Source: Nemertoderma westbladi
Lineage: Eukaryota > Animalia > Xenacoelomorpha
Reading direction: 5' to 3'
Length of the DNA stretch: 64,000 bases
Assembly (NCBI GenBank): GCA_032718475.1
Contig: JAUCBJ010003179.1
Coordinates: 1-64,000 of the forward strand
Part shown: positions 1-13,175 of the stretch, in pieces
Layout of the letters: each line of letters starts with the position of its first letter
Position numbering within the stretch: the stretch's first letter is position 1
Notes under the pieces: generated by a model
Seen by the model: the letters and a program-made list of their open reading frames with translations, nothing else
Told to the model about the DNA's origin: nothing
Database searches by the model: none
Program-made: the position numbers and the translations under genes

Positions 1-1727
1 ACCAAATAATACCAGCACTGTTAACGGATCAACCACCCTAAATAATCCAACAGAGTTAACGGATCAACCACCCCAAATAATACCAGCACTGTTAACGGAT
101 CAACCACCCTAAATAATCCAACAGAGTTAACGGATCAACCACCCCAAATAATACCAGCACTGTTAACGGATCAACCACCCCAAAAAATTCCAACACTGTT
201 AACGGCTTAACCACCCTAAATAATACCAGCACTGTTAACGGATCAACCGCCCCAAATAATACCAGCACTGTTAACGGATCAACCGCCCCAAATAATACCA
301 AGACTGTTAACGGATCAACCGCCACCAAATAATACCAGCACTGTTAACGGATCAACCGCCCCAAATAATACCAGCACTGTTAACGGATCAACCGCCCCAA
401 ATATTACCAGCACTGTTAACGGATCAACCACCCTAAATAATCCAACAGAGTTAACGGATCAACCACTCCAAATAATACCAGCACTGTTAACGGATCAACC
501 GCCTCCAAATAATTCCAGCACTGTTAACGGATCAACCGCCCCAAATAATTCCAGCACTGTTAACGGATCAACCGCCCCAAATAATTCCAGCACTGTTAAC
601 GGATCAACCGCCACCAAATAATTCCAGCACTGTTAACGGATAAACCGCCCCAAATAATACCAAGACTGTTAACGGATCAACCGTCCCAAATAATACCAAG
701 ACTGTTAACGGATCAACCGCCCCAAATAATACAAAGACTGTTAACGGATCAATCGCCCCTAATAATACCAAGACTGTTAACGGATCAACCACCCCAAAAA
801 ATTCCAACACTGTTAACGGCTCAACCACCCTAAATAATACCAGCACTGTTAAAGGATCAACCGCCCCAAATAATACCAAGACTGTTAACGGATCAACCGC
901 CCCAAATAATACCAAGACTGTTAACGGATCAACCACCCCAAATAATACCAGCACTGTTAACGGATCAACCACCCCAAAAAAATCCAACACTGTTAACGGC
1001 TCAACCACCCTAAATAATACCAGCACTGTTAACGGATCAACCGCCCCAAATAATACCAGCACTGTTAACGGATCAACCGCCCCAAATAATACCAAGACTG
1101 TTAACGGATCAACCGCCACCAAATAATACCAGCACTGTTAACGGATCAACCACCCTAAATAATCCAACAGAGTTAACGGATCAACCACCCCAAATAATAC
1201 CAGCACTGTTAACGGATCAACCGCCTCCAAATAATTCCAGCACTGTTAACGGATCAACCGCCCCAAATAATTCCAGCACTGTTAACGGATCAACCGCCCC
1301 AAATAATTCCAGCACTGTTAACGGATCAACCGCCACCAAATAATTCCAGCACTGTTAACGGATCAACCGCCCCAAATAATACCAAGACTGTTAACGGATC
1401 AACCGCCCCAAATAATACCAAGACTGTTAACGGATCAACCACCCCAAATAATACCAGCACTGTTAACGGATCAACCACCCCAAAAAATTCCAACACTGTT
1501 AACGGCTCAACCACCCTAAATAATACCAGCACTGTTAACGGATCAACCGCCCGAAATAATACCAGCACTGTTAACGGATCAACCGCCCCAAATAATACCA
1601 AGACTGTTAACGGATCATCCGCCACCAAATAATTCCAGCACTGTTAACGGATCAACCGCCCCAAATAATACCAAGACTGTTAATGGATAAACCGCCCCAA
1701 ATAATTCCAACACTGTTAACGGATTAA
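1..1727. repeat. 36-bp minisatellite array (runs off left edge)
   Basis: Unit CCAAATAATACCAGCACTGTTAACGGATCAACCGCC, ~48 copies, with 35- and 37-bp indel variants; explains the VDPLTVLVLFGA ORFs. Confidence 0.97.
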
Positions 1728-1728
1728 C

Positions 1729-3507
1729 GAGATACGAGAAGTTCTTGGCACCCATACCATTTCAACACCTTTCGGAATTGATAAAATTACACAAAATCAA
1801 CCTTCAAAGACTTTGGTATAACCAATAAAAACCATAATATGTTTTTTTGTTTTGTTGAATTCATTATCAGTAATCGAAAGCAAGATTAGAAGAAAATGTT
1901 CATTTCTTTTAATAGATACTTAAAGAGCACCAAAATTGCAAGTAGCAGTTTTGTCAAAAGTGGTAACTGGCCAAGTAAGTAAGTAAGTAACTGGTAAGTT
2001 TGGCTACTGAGGTTTTAGAATGTGCTGATTTCATTGGGAAGGTTTATTCCTCTACAACAAACATATTGAAGAGTTGTGTAATATAACAACATAGGCATGT
2101 TGTTATATTAGTTATTAGTCAGTTATTTGTGCCCCTGAAGCACGAAAAAAAGAGTGGAAAAATTAGTGGAATTATGATAATGAAAAAAAAACCGAAATCA
2201 AATTGATTTGATGAGCATGTGGTTTTTTGGGATGCTGATCACGAATATGACATTTGAAATTTCGTATTATCCAACCAAATTAGATTTTTGCGGTTTGAAA
2301 TTTTAAGCTACTTGTATTTTTCGTCCCACTAACAAACACATAAAAACGATAGTTGCGTTACCACGAATGATTTTTAACGAATTGTATCGTAATCAGCGGC
2401 TTTACCAGTATAGCTTCAGAAATACCAAACCAAAGGCAACATTTTACAGTTTGAGAATTTTTTACTTGTACTTTTCGTCCTGGGGCACCAAAATATCACC
2501 AAAAATGATGGTTGCATTTCTAAAATGACCTCACACCCCGGGCCAATTAAGTAGTAAAATAGCCCGGTCCAAATAGTGTTAAACGTACCGGTAACTCAGG
2601 ATTACGGTAGTACCTGAATAGGAATCTCTTAATTCTGCATCAAACACATAGTAGAGTTGACGGTATATTATTTTTACTGCCGGTCTTCGAGGAGTTGGAG
2701 GCATTTAGCACACTAAAGTCGGAACAGGTTCCGGGTGAACCGTTTAACAGCATCTTTTGATAAAGATGGCCACTGTTGGTTACTAAATATATCGCCCGTC
2801 GAAATGTACAAATGTTAGTGGAAGGCCCTGGTGTCAACTCTTCAGATATTATGTCCAGACCAAGATTAGGCCCCCCTCCTGGCTGCCAGCCCCTGCCTGT
2901 AGATGTGATAACAAACTATTCAAATAAACACAGGTACGGACGTAATCAGATGTAATAATGATAAGGCATTGATGCCTAACAGCATAATGCAGTCAGCAGT
3001 AATGGAATGCTGCCTAACGTACCAGTGACGCACTGCAGTGCAATGCACATACCACATACAGAATAATACACTTCATTACCGGACCAGTACCAGACAGCCA
3101 GAGCACTGCTGTACTGAAATCGAAGTGCACTGGCTGACATTTAAATTTTCGACTGACACATTTGGCCATTTTTGAAAATACCACAATTTTATAAACCTTG
3201 CCAATTAAATCAGCACATTCTAAAACCTCAGTAGCCAAACTATTCGGCCAAATTACCAATTTCGGCTCTTTGAAAATTTCGAACAACTTGTAATTTTGGT
3301 GCTCATTTAGTGTCTATTGAAAAATAAACAATGAAGATTTCATTCTAATTTCGGTTTCGATTACTAATAATGAATTCGACTAACCAAAAAAAGCATAGTA
3401 TGGTTTAATGGTTATATCTTTGAAGGGATTGTTATTTTGAGTAATTTTATCAATCCGAAAGGTGTTGATATGGTATGGGTGTCAGGAACTCATCATTTAT
3501 TATCTCG
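1729..3507. mobile_element. Degenerate long-inverted-repeat DNA element remnant
   Basis: ~1729-2048 is the imperfect reverse complement of ~3190-3507 (e.g. TTTGGCTACTGAGGTTTTAGAATGTGCTGATT vs AATCAGCACATTCTAAAACCTCAGTAGCCAAA); no TSD seen. Confidence 0.7.
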
Positions 3508-3828
3508 AAAACTACTGGAGCTATTAAATTTTTACTTGTCTCATATGAAAAAGGAGATAATATTAGTTAGGGCCGAGTACTTTTGACACGCTAGACATAT
3601 TGTTTCATGGATTATATTTAAGATAAATAACTGGCCCACTAAATTTAGGGGCTTTGCAGCAGCTTGGCGGGTCGTATCTACAGTATATTAGGTTATGTAA
3701 TGATTTTTTGGATTTAATTTATTTTCATTTATATAATAACATATTATAATAACAATAATTAACATGCCATTAAAGTTCATAAATGAGTTCACCATATCCT
3801 GGAATATATATTCAGGTACAGTACTTAA

Positions 3829-4984
3829 GGCCCGATCCGCGCTGCTTTTTTATTTGAGGTATTCTGAGCTTTTTTCTAGCTTTTTTTGAGCTTTTTTTAA
3901 CCTTTTTTTTTAGCTTTTTTTTGAGCTTTTTTTTGAGCTTTTTTTCAAGATTGTTTTGCCTTTTCTAACTTTCAGTTAAAATTGAGATATAATAGGAATG
4001 TTCTAGAATTAGATCATTGGTCTCATTTAGTTGTTGTTTTTAAGTGAGATGGTTAGTAGCTATCCCACTTAATTTAAAGCAATTTAATCCCAAAAATTGA
4101 ATTATGCGCACGAAGAAGTGCCTCAAATTATTAACATCACTGTGGGTGAGCTATTCTGTGGGTGTATCATTAGCTACCAATGTACCTCGACGTACGAAAT
4201 GTACGGAGAAGGGCGAAGCTCACTTCCCGACGAACCCAGCGGACGCACTCCGAATATAAGGCGTCTCGCACTTCTCAGACAGAATTCCAAGACGATTGAT
4301 AAACTGGGTTGTCGTCTGGGAGATCCAAATGTCGAAAATCCACCAAATGCCGAAAAAATCAAAGGCATGAAGGTGGCGAGCTCGTTCTCACGTACCGGTA
4401 CCCGTGCCTTATAGTGGTTGTTGCGTTTGCGGGCCTTGTGGTGTAGATGGACAGACTCGAGGGTCATGGCGGCATTCGACTGAACCAGTGGATTGAATAC
4501 CGGGACATGTCCTGGGAATCCTGGGAATGTCTTTTGGTAACGAGATCCCCAAAACCCGCAACAGGACAAGTAAAGACGAAAATACGTATAATCCTAATAT
4601 TTTAAAAATTCGACCCAGCTTTTTTTTGAGCTTTTTTTCAAGGTTTTTTTTCAAGCTTTTTTTGAGCTTTTTTTCTAGCGTTTTTTCAAGCTTCTTTTCA
4701 AGCCTTTTTTGAGCTTTTTTTCTAGCTTTTTTTGCGTTTTTTTCTAGCGTTTTTTCAAGCTTTTTTTCTAGCTTCTTTTCAAGCTTTTTTGAGCTTTTTT
4801 TCTAGCTTTTTTTGAACTTTTTTTTGAGCTTTTTTTCTAGCTTTTTCTTGAGCTTTATTCTATAGTTTAGGATTTAGTATTCGAAAATTCGCAGATTCAT
4901 CTTGAACCAAATAATTTCTAGAAATTGTTTTAACTAAAAAAAGCTTGAAAAAAAGCTCAAAAAAAAGCTGCGCGGAAACGGGCC
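3829..4984. mobile_element. Non-autonomous TIR element, PIF/Harbinger-like, with (TTTTTTTGAGC)-type internal repeats
   Basis: Ends GGCCCGATCCGCGCTGCTTTTTT ... AAAAAAGCTGCGCGGAAACGGGCC; flanks TAA / TAT (imperfect TSD). Confidence 0.65.
4174..4569 (-). mobile_element. 3' fragment of CRE-like non-LTR retrotransposon (restriction-like endonuclease domain), degenerate
   Basis: Translation GFWGSRYQKTF..VPVFNP..KARKRNNHY..ELATFMPLIFSAFGG..CLRSARRLIFGVR resembles the GFW..FFDVRVFNP..EKKR.Y..F.PLVFS..GG..LRS....IRG.R C-terminus of CRE-clade elements, from memory. Confidence 0.6.
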
Positions 4985-5353
4985 TATACATGACACGTCA
5001 TGTAGGCCTAAAATATAAAAACATAAAAAAAAAGGAAAAAGGCAATGGATAGTATCATTATTTACACCATCTCCCTTAATACAACAACCATTCTATCAAG
5101 TCCCCCCCCCCCCTACTTTATTTTAAATTAAATAATAGTTAATATTCTAGAAATAAATACTAAGTACAAGTTCGCCATATCGACACCATGACCAAATATA
5201 AAATTACTATGGTTTTTTTATAATTCTTGAAGTGGAAATACTAGCTACAGTAGTACTTATCTTAGTTCAATCTGAGTAATTTCAGGTAGGTAGTATTTTT
5301 GCTAGCAGCTAGTCAATTTAATGAGCTGGTAAACAATAATTGTTATTAAAATT

Positions 5354-6247
5354 ACACCATAACCCTTAATACAACAACCATTTTTAGGGGGTCGGACGCC
5401 CCCTCTAAAATTTAAATTTTTTTCAAATTTCAATAAAATGTTACGAAATTTGGTATCGACATATGGTAATCATATGATAAGATCGACACCTTTTCTAACT
5501 GGTGGCCTGGCCGGATTTTTTAATTTATGAGCTATTTCGATACAACAAGCCGTTAGAAATCGTCTATTTCGCAATATTTAGCCACCTCCGTCAGCTTTAT
5601 TTTTCGTCTTTGGAATGAAATCTAAATATCATTAGAACCGCCTTCATCTTCAGATTCTGAATCTGAAATCCGTTGTAAATTTTACCAAGAACTTCCGGAG
5701 ATATTATCAAAATACTAAGGTGTAAATTTTCGCTATAATTCTAATGTTTTTTTTACTCAATTCTAGAATATTAATTATGGGTAATGAAAAAACAAGATGG
5801 AAAGTTTTAAACGCTCAGCTAAATAATAATTAATATTCTAGAATAAAGACAACAAAACATCAGAATTATAGCGATTTACGTCTCTAAATTTACACATTAG
5901 TATTTTGATAATATCTTTACCAATTTTTGGTTAAAATTAAAACGGTTTTCAGATTCGGAATCTACAGACGAAGGCGCTTCGAATGATATCTAGATTACAT
6001 TTCAAAGACGTAAAATAAAGTCTACGGAGGTGGTTAAACATTGCTAAATATACATTTTTTAAGGGATTGTTGTATGAAAATAACTGAGAAATTGAAAAAT
6101 CCGGCCAGGCCACCAGTAAGAAAAGGTGTCGATATATCATCATACCGAATTTCGTAGCATTTTATTGAAATTTTAAAAAAATTAGGGGGGGGGGGGGGGG
6201 GGGCTCCGACCCCCTAAAAATGGTTGTTGTATTAAGGGTTATGGTGT
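5354..6247. mobile_element. Palindromic (foldback) MITE, TA-flanked, Tc1/mariner-like
   Basis: TA|CACCATAACCCTTAATACAACAACCATTTTTAGGGG ... CCCCTAAAAATGGTTGTTGTATTAAGGGTTATGGTG|TA; arms complementary inward to ~5780/5825; partial end copy at ~5063-5095. Confidence 0.85.
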
Positions 6248-6769
6248 ATAATGTTCTATTAGTCCTTGAATGAAGGCATAACCATATAATATAATAATAA
6301 TATGATATAATAATATATCCCAAAATTTATTGATTATCCTGAGATTATTACGGAAATCTTAGTAGTCGATGTAGAAATTTTCGTAGCAAATGAAATGCGT
6401 CGAATTGTGAAGTTTGGTACAGAAGTATGGCCTAACTCATAACAAACTATTTAATAAATTGTTTATTACCAAAAGACCCCAAAATTTTGATTAACATTAT
6501 TTACATACAACTTTTATTGTCAATAAAAACTAAAAAGGCAAAAAGATAGTGTGTCACAAAACACACGTTTTGATTTATTTTAATAACCATAAATTTAATT
6601 TAAAATTACAACAAAATAAAAATAGTTTCAGCTTAAAAGCACATGAGAGTTAAAAACTCCCGATGTGTTGTTGGCCTCCAGAATAATGCTCTGTACATTC
6701 TGGGTAACTATATAGTTATTATGGGGAATGACAGTTAATCAAATGAAAAAAAATCAAATTAAAGTAAAT

Positions 6770-7560
6770 CCAAGGTTTATGGTCTTTCGTAAAGGCGGGC
6801 CTCTCCGTCGAAACGAACACTGGTTGTATAAGTGTAGCCCCCTGGAAGTAGTTTCGTCATACTCTTATCTTGGTATTGTATTTACCCAATCTGGTAGCTT
6901 CACTCTTGCCCAGCAATGTCTTGCAGACAAAGCCAATAAAGCGTATTTCACTCTAAATCCTTACGTATCTCAGACAGTACCCCAATTTATCATTCAAACT
7001 TAAGCTGCATCAGTGTAACTATCTTATCCGTCCTTTAAAGTACACCTGAAAAGTTTGGGATTTTCATAATTCGGATGCTATTAATCGGATCGTTCTAAAA
7101 TTTCTTAAATTTATACTCGGCGTCAAGACTACGACACCCGATTTTATGGTGTATGGTGAAACTGATTATTTTCCGCTCTCAATTTCCAGAACGCTATTCT
7201 TAAGTACTGGATTCGTATTTTGAATTTCCCTAACTACCGTCTCGTTAAGAAGGCCTATCTTCTTCAGTTAACTGGGCATCCAATGTTCGGGACGTGCTAG
7301 GATATTTGGGCTTACGGGGAATCTCGGGACAACCACTACGTAGAACACCAAACTACATTCTTAGTAGAGCTCAGGTCACGGCTCCAAGATAATTATATAT
7401 CCAACAGGTCACTCGTGAGTTCTTCTCCCAAATCGCTGCTCTACGTTAAGTATTTGTTCCAGGAGGTATCCTACCTGAATGTTCTACACAAGTACCCCAG
7501 ACTCTGTCGGTCGCTTGCGAGATCTCACTCCCTAATGATCGAGCAAGGCCGATGGATTTG
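6770..7560 (+). mobile_element. Degenerate LINE ORF2 3' fragment (RTE-X/L2-group-like)
   Basis: MVFRKGG..W.Y....LEVVSSYSYLGIVF, then in shifted frames VWGFH, KFILGVKTTTPDFMVYGE and SHSLMIEQGRW; multiple frameshifts. Confidence 0.8.
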
Positions 7561-8221
7561 CACACATTTATATTTAGATTTACTACTACTACTAGGTCGA
7601 GCGAACTCGGACATTTAGATTTACTTTATCTAAAATTTAACAATAATGGCTCTATAACCATGTTGTAGTATTAAACAGAAATTGAATTGAATTAATATGT
7701 ATCTTTTGGGACCCAATTGTCAGCATGGGCGAATTCTCGGAGATCGCTTCCATATGGAGTGCAACTCAGTTATTCTTACTGTTAGCATTTCACCCTAGAT
7801 GCCAGGATTAAATTAAGTAAAATATAATTTAAATTTCCTCCAAATCCCGGTCTCCTTGTAGGCAGCCAGCAGCCTGTTTGGAAGTGTATTAGTTTAAATA
7901 GCGGATATAATATGGCCATGTTATATTAGAAACATTATAAATTATCATAATTATCAATGATTGGGCCTACAAACATAAGTTGGTTGGTTACACGCCACCC
8001 TGTCCCTGGAACGAACATGGTGGCTAAAAAACAAATATATTTAGCGACACAATATTTAAAAACAATTATGAGTGAAACGAGACCTAAGTACCCTATAATT
8101 ACAGTCCAGAAAGAATGCTAGAAAATTGAATAAAAATATCATATGAACAACTGCAGCTGCACTGAACACGAATTATTGCGACAAAGCCGTATACGTGAAT
8201 ATATATTCCATTAGTTATGTG

Positions 8222-9500
8222 CTAGGATTGGGGATTGGTAGTTTGTCTAGTTTTTATGTCGACGGGTTTTATGTAACGAACAATTACTTTCGTAGAATTT
8301 GAACATTTTCTCCCATTGACGTCTAAACGTTTAGGACTAATACAAGTTCGTTTAGCTGGATGGCGCTGTTGTTGTGGCAACTGAGTCACCTCTGCAGGGC
8401 TAGATTCACTACTATTTTCCACTATTTGAGTCCCTATTAATTCCCGAATAACGCCCAGCCAGTTTCTCGCGCTGTCTAGGTCTACACCAGCGAACGAGTC
8501 CTCCGTTTGACAGACTAACGCCACTTTAACCGCGGCGTTAACCAGCCGTGATCTAATAGTTTCTCGCTCAAACTCTTCCTCGCTTACCGAATAAGTTGTT
8601 GAAACTTCAACCTCTTGGCTGTAAGTCTCCAGACAATCACTTAGAATATTTTGGTATATTGCGTTGGTCCCCACGGCTTCTAGAACGGTGTCACTAACTG
8701 GTTGCCGAGTGACTAACTGACTACTAAACAACACCGATTCGGAATCCATATCGTCTACGTCGTTACATAATATGCTTTTAGTTGCGACTTTAGTTTCCCT
8801 AATATCAGTCAACTCAGATCGTAGTTTTTTCGAAACTTTTCTCTTCGCACCTTTCGTGGTTGATGAAATCTTTCCTATAGAAGAAAAATCATTAACAATA
8901 TTTAACAAATTTATTTCCAGCATCAATTTAATTGTCTACTTTTAAACTACCTCAGTGTCAATTAATGGGGAAATAAAGATTGGTAAAACTGGGACATACA
9001 AGTACATAATATTAAGTATAACTGGAGTTACACTAGCTTAGCTTATTTATAACTTACAATATTTAAATGCGCTTTTATAATTAATATACCAACGGCAAAA
9101 CTGTGAGGAACTGCCAAGATTTCTTGCATTCAAGGCAGGTGAATACGGCAAATAAATAAACAAATACAATAAATAAATACAACTTTCTAAAAATTATAAA
9201 ATTATCTTAAATATATGAAAAATGATCTTGACTCAAAAATAAGATAAGTCTACCTCGAGAAAGTGAATCAGTGGTCTTTGCGTTCTTGTCTATCGGTTGG
9301 CTATTATAGTTAGACGAAGGTGTTGGAATATCAACTCTGAAAAAATAAGTTTTTAAAATTATACAATTAGATATATATAAAATGATAAAATGTTCAGGTA
9401 AATAATATGTAAATAAATTACGTACTGGTTTTAATCATAGGGGTATGGTATAATAATGTTTGAAGTTGGTACTGCTTTCTTATATAATTTAAAGCTAAAC
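8222..9500 (-). CDS. 3' part of an unrecognised spliced gene (3 exons)
   Basis: Exons 9500-9422, 9336-9254 and 8874-8222 have AG/GT ends and compatible phases (2, 1), giving LALNYIRKQYQLQTLLYHTPMIKTSTVDIPTPSS..SLSRGKISSTTK..NPQS*; upstream exons unresolved. Confidence 0.6.
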
Positions 9501-9559
9501 CTACACAGATACATAATTGAAATAGTCTATCTATAGGTAATATCAATTATTTAAGCAAA

Positions 9560-10580
9560 TAGGGTTGGTGCGCGAAAAAATTGTTGGGCTAAAAACAATT
9601 TAATACGGGGTAACAAGGTGCCCTGAATCGAGTGGCGGTGTCTGTTTTTTTGTAAAAACATGTGGGAATGGTCGAAATGGCGGGTTTAAGAAAGCCCGGG
9701 AAGTCAATTTTGAAAATATTGGCTGCTACATAATTGACGTCATTACAAAGTGATCTGATAATTTCTTACCTTGGTTTCTATGGGTAGAAATTTTCAATCC
9801 ATTCAAATACACATTAAATCACAATTACTTCACACGTGGCTTACAGTATATCAATTGGAAGCGGAGAGTCTTGAGCGTCTTTTGACACTATAATTAATTA
9901 AATTCATGATGGAGAAGATAGATAAAATGCTGTTTACAATTGCAAACACGGCAGATTGCCTAACCGGTATGTAAGCACCCAGCCTATTGCAGTATCTGAG
10001 TATTGCAGCTTTACTTCATAAGTACATAAGTAGGGTTTACCGGTGACTGGTACATATTTTTAATATTCAAGTAGCCTACTACCAATTATTACTGTATAGT
10101 ACCGGCTGACCGGTATTATAAGTTTAAATGTTATGTTAAATACCGGTACCGGTACCGTCATCTCATCAATACAGATTGGAAGATAAATAATGTTTGATAC
10201 AACATTTTATCAATGTTCCTCATCATGAATTTAATTAATTGTGGTGTCAAAAGACGATCAAGACTCTCCGCTTTCAATTGATATAAGCGCGTGCAAAATG
10301 ATTGAGATTTAATGTGTATTTGAATGGGTAGAAAATAACCATCCATGGAAACCAAGATAAGAAATTATCAGATCACTTTGTAATGACGTAAAATCTGTAG
10401 CAGCCAATCACATCCGATTCTCAAAATTGGCTTCCCGTGCTTAATTAAATCCGCCATTTCGACCGTTTCCACGTGTTTTTACAAAAAACACACCCCGTCA
10501 CTCGATTCAGGGAACCTTTTCTGACCTTACCCCTTATTCAATTGTTTCTAACCCAACAATTGTTTCGCGCAACAACCCTA
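9560..10580. mobile_element. Non-autonomous long-TIR DNA element
   Basis: Ends TAGGGTTGGTGCGCGAAA ... TTTCGCGCAACAACCCTA; imperfect inverted arms of ~400 bp; no clear TSD. Confidence 0.8.
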
Positions 10581-11539
10581 TTGCAGTATTATCCAATATG
10601 AAAATCGGAAGGAAATGTGTTGATTTTCTAGGAAATATTCTGACGACTTGCAGACTTAGTAGTTCTTCAGTATAATTTGTTGCGTTTAATTCCTGGTTCT
10701 TCTGTTCTTGGTGCTTGGGGTAGGTCGCGTACTGTATTGCATATTGCTGTATTGCAGTATTGTAAGACCGAGATTTTTTTCTGCCTTATACAGTTATACC
10801 AGTCTGCCAGTACAGCAGTATACCCAGATACCTGCTCGCAGTTTCCGCGTTTGCTTTCTCCGTGTTTATCTTGGGAGGCTTCTTTGGTACATTACCCCTC
10901 CTAGGCATTATAATTATTGCAGTATACTGCCAGACTGCAGGCAGTCCCGGCACCACGGCTGCACGGTATATGAGCACTGATTGAGTCGAGTACGTGCGTA
11001 CGGTTTCGCGTTTCGGTAAAATGCAGAGCAGAACAGCAGTAGGCCAATATTACTGATATATTGCTGTAGGCCTATTCAGGTATTGTACTGCAATACTGGC
11101 AAGCAGGTGTACTGTACAGTACAGTATGAACAATTTACTGATTTAGTGGTAATGTGGTCTGGTATGGTAGTTTAGGAGCCGGTCTGGTGCGCGTGACCTA
11201 CCGTACTGTACATGCTGATGACCTTATGCAACATACCTTCTGGCCTTGTCGCCCACTCCGCTTCCCTCTGGCCTATCTGTATAAGCAAAGTAAGTCAATA
11301 ATGTCCAAAATCAGCTCAATTTCTTCTTAGCATTTAAGGTGTTAATTATAGTCGAGGCATGACCCAGGGCACGACGACCAGGCAGCCAGGGCAGGGCCAT
11401 GCTGCCATGCTAGGCCTACAGTATGACCAAGGCCATGTTTATAGATGGCGTTATGGGCATGACCAACGAACCCCTAAAATATCAAACCAAATACAGCCAC
11501 AATACATATACATAATTAATTACTGTATGTACTACGCTA

Positions 11540-13175
11540 CAGTGCCGGATAAAGCCTCTGGTGGCCGTAAGGCACATTTTAGTAATCTCCAAAAATGGCC
11601 CGAAAATTGATATTTTTCCACAAACCCTTTCAAAAGAAAAAGCTGCTAAAAACTGTGAAAATATTGCGAAGGAAATATAAAGTATTTCCATTGGATGACT
11701 GCATGCAAATAAGTACAAAGTACATACATTAATAATAAGTACTTTGCAAAAATAGTTTTCATCAAGAATTGTAACATTACTAAACGGCATATTATTATGC
11801 CTATAAAATCTTTGCTATAGTATAAATTGTGTAATGGATTTGGTAGAATTTCCCCATTACCATTACCCCAAATCTATTTGTTTTATTTATAAAGCTACTA
11901 TTCTGAAATTTTAACACAATGATCTGTGATCTTTTATATAGGCCTACTATTAAAACTGAGTACAGTATAGATAACTTCATAAACCGTTTGTTCGAAAAAT
12001 ATGGCACTTTTTGAACAGGTCGGTTTTTTTCAAAAATTGTATAAATTTTGAGGCATTTATATGTAAATTAGCTCATATTTAAGGATCTGTTACAACCTGC
12101 ATTGAAGTTCTTGGTCCAAGACTTTGGGAAAATGGACCTAGATATGTAGGCTATCTTCTATGAAAATTTTAGCACAAAATTATTGCTTCTGGAAAATTTA
12201 TGGGGGTTTTAGTATTTCCGGGCTATTGGGAATCAAATATTTTGTAATAGACAAAGGGTAGCAGTTACAAAACCGAGTCTAGAAGATCCAAACGGTCATG
12301 TTTTACAAAACCAACGATAGGTTAGTTAGATAGGATAGTTGAAAAGAACAGTTTTGAGGTCAAAAAATAATTAATTAATAATAGTTGTAGTTGGCCCCTC
12401 TAAGACTGACTGGCCCCTGTAGGTATTTAGTAATTTTGATCGGATCGTGGGAATGTGTTATTTATTGGCTTTACAGTAGGGTAGGTTTCGCAGGGTACTT
12501 TTTACAGGACTTACTGAGAAATAAAACACACCAAAAGTGTGAGCTTAGTGCAAAAATATAATATTTCTGATCTACTGTATATTTGGACTTGCTGAGGTTT
12601 TTTTTTATCAACAACTATTTTATCTACAACTAATTTATCCTGTTTTTTTTATCTATATTGCCTTTATTTATAAAACTCGTTTCCGGTAAAAAAAATTAAT
12701 TTCGTACTAAACATATCTCCACGCAATACATTTAATATGTAGGGCCTACAGTATTTCCAGTATGTCACCATACGTCATTATTTGGTTGTTCTAGAAAGTT
12801 TAAGAGCATAACTACAAATAATTTCCCACAAATAAATAAAATTAAATTCTCCATTGTTCATAATTAGCACTTTAAAGTTTTACTGCCCATGTTTTATTAT
12901 TTCCCTGCCATCAGGTTTCGAACTAATAACACAGCACCCTGTCGGTCGACTGGATAGAATTTTGCACTTTCTATCACAAATTTAGGGAAAGAAAGTAGGT
13001 GAAAGATGCACTTTCTATCTCTGTTTTCTACAAATTATAGTGAGAAAAAATATGGACTTTTCAGATAAAAATATTTTTTTCACAGGAATGACACGCTAGC
13101 TGAGAAAAAATGGCCCGTATTTTCGGCTGGCCCTAAGGCACGTGCCTTATATGCCTTAAGGTTAATCCGGCACTG
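11540..13175. mobile_element. Non-autonomous hAT element
   Basis: TIR CAGTGCCGGAT/ATCCGGCACTG; perfect 8-bp TSD CTACGCTA (11532-11539, 13176-13183). Confidence 0.92.

Noticed and set aside
1-1727. Plus-strand mucin-like coding repeat PNNTSTVNGSTA rich in N-glycosylation sequons
   Set aside because: 35- and 37-bp units shift frame and create TAA stops (e.g. ~110, ~617); the minus-strand ORFs are equally by-products of the repeat
2620-2900. Exon-like GC-richer segment inside the inverted-repeat element
   Set aside because: Stops in candidate frames and no recognisable protein or partner exons
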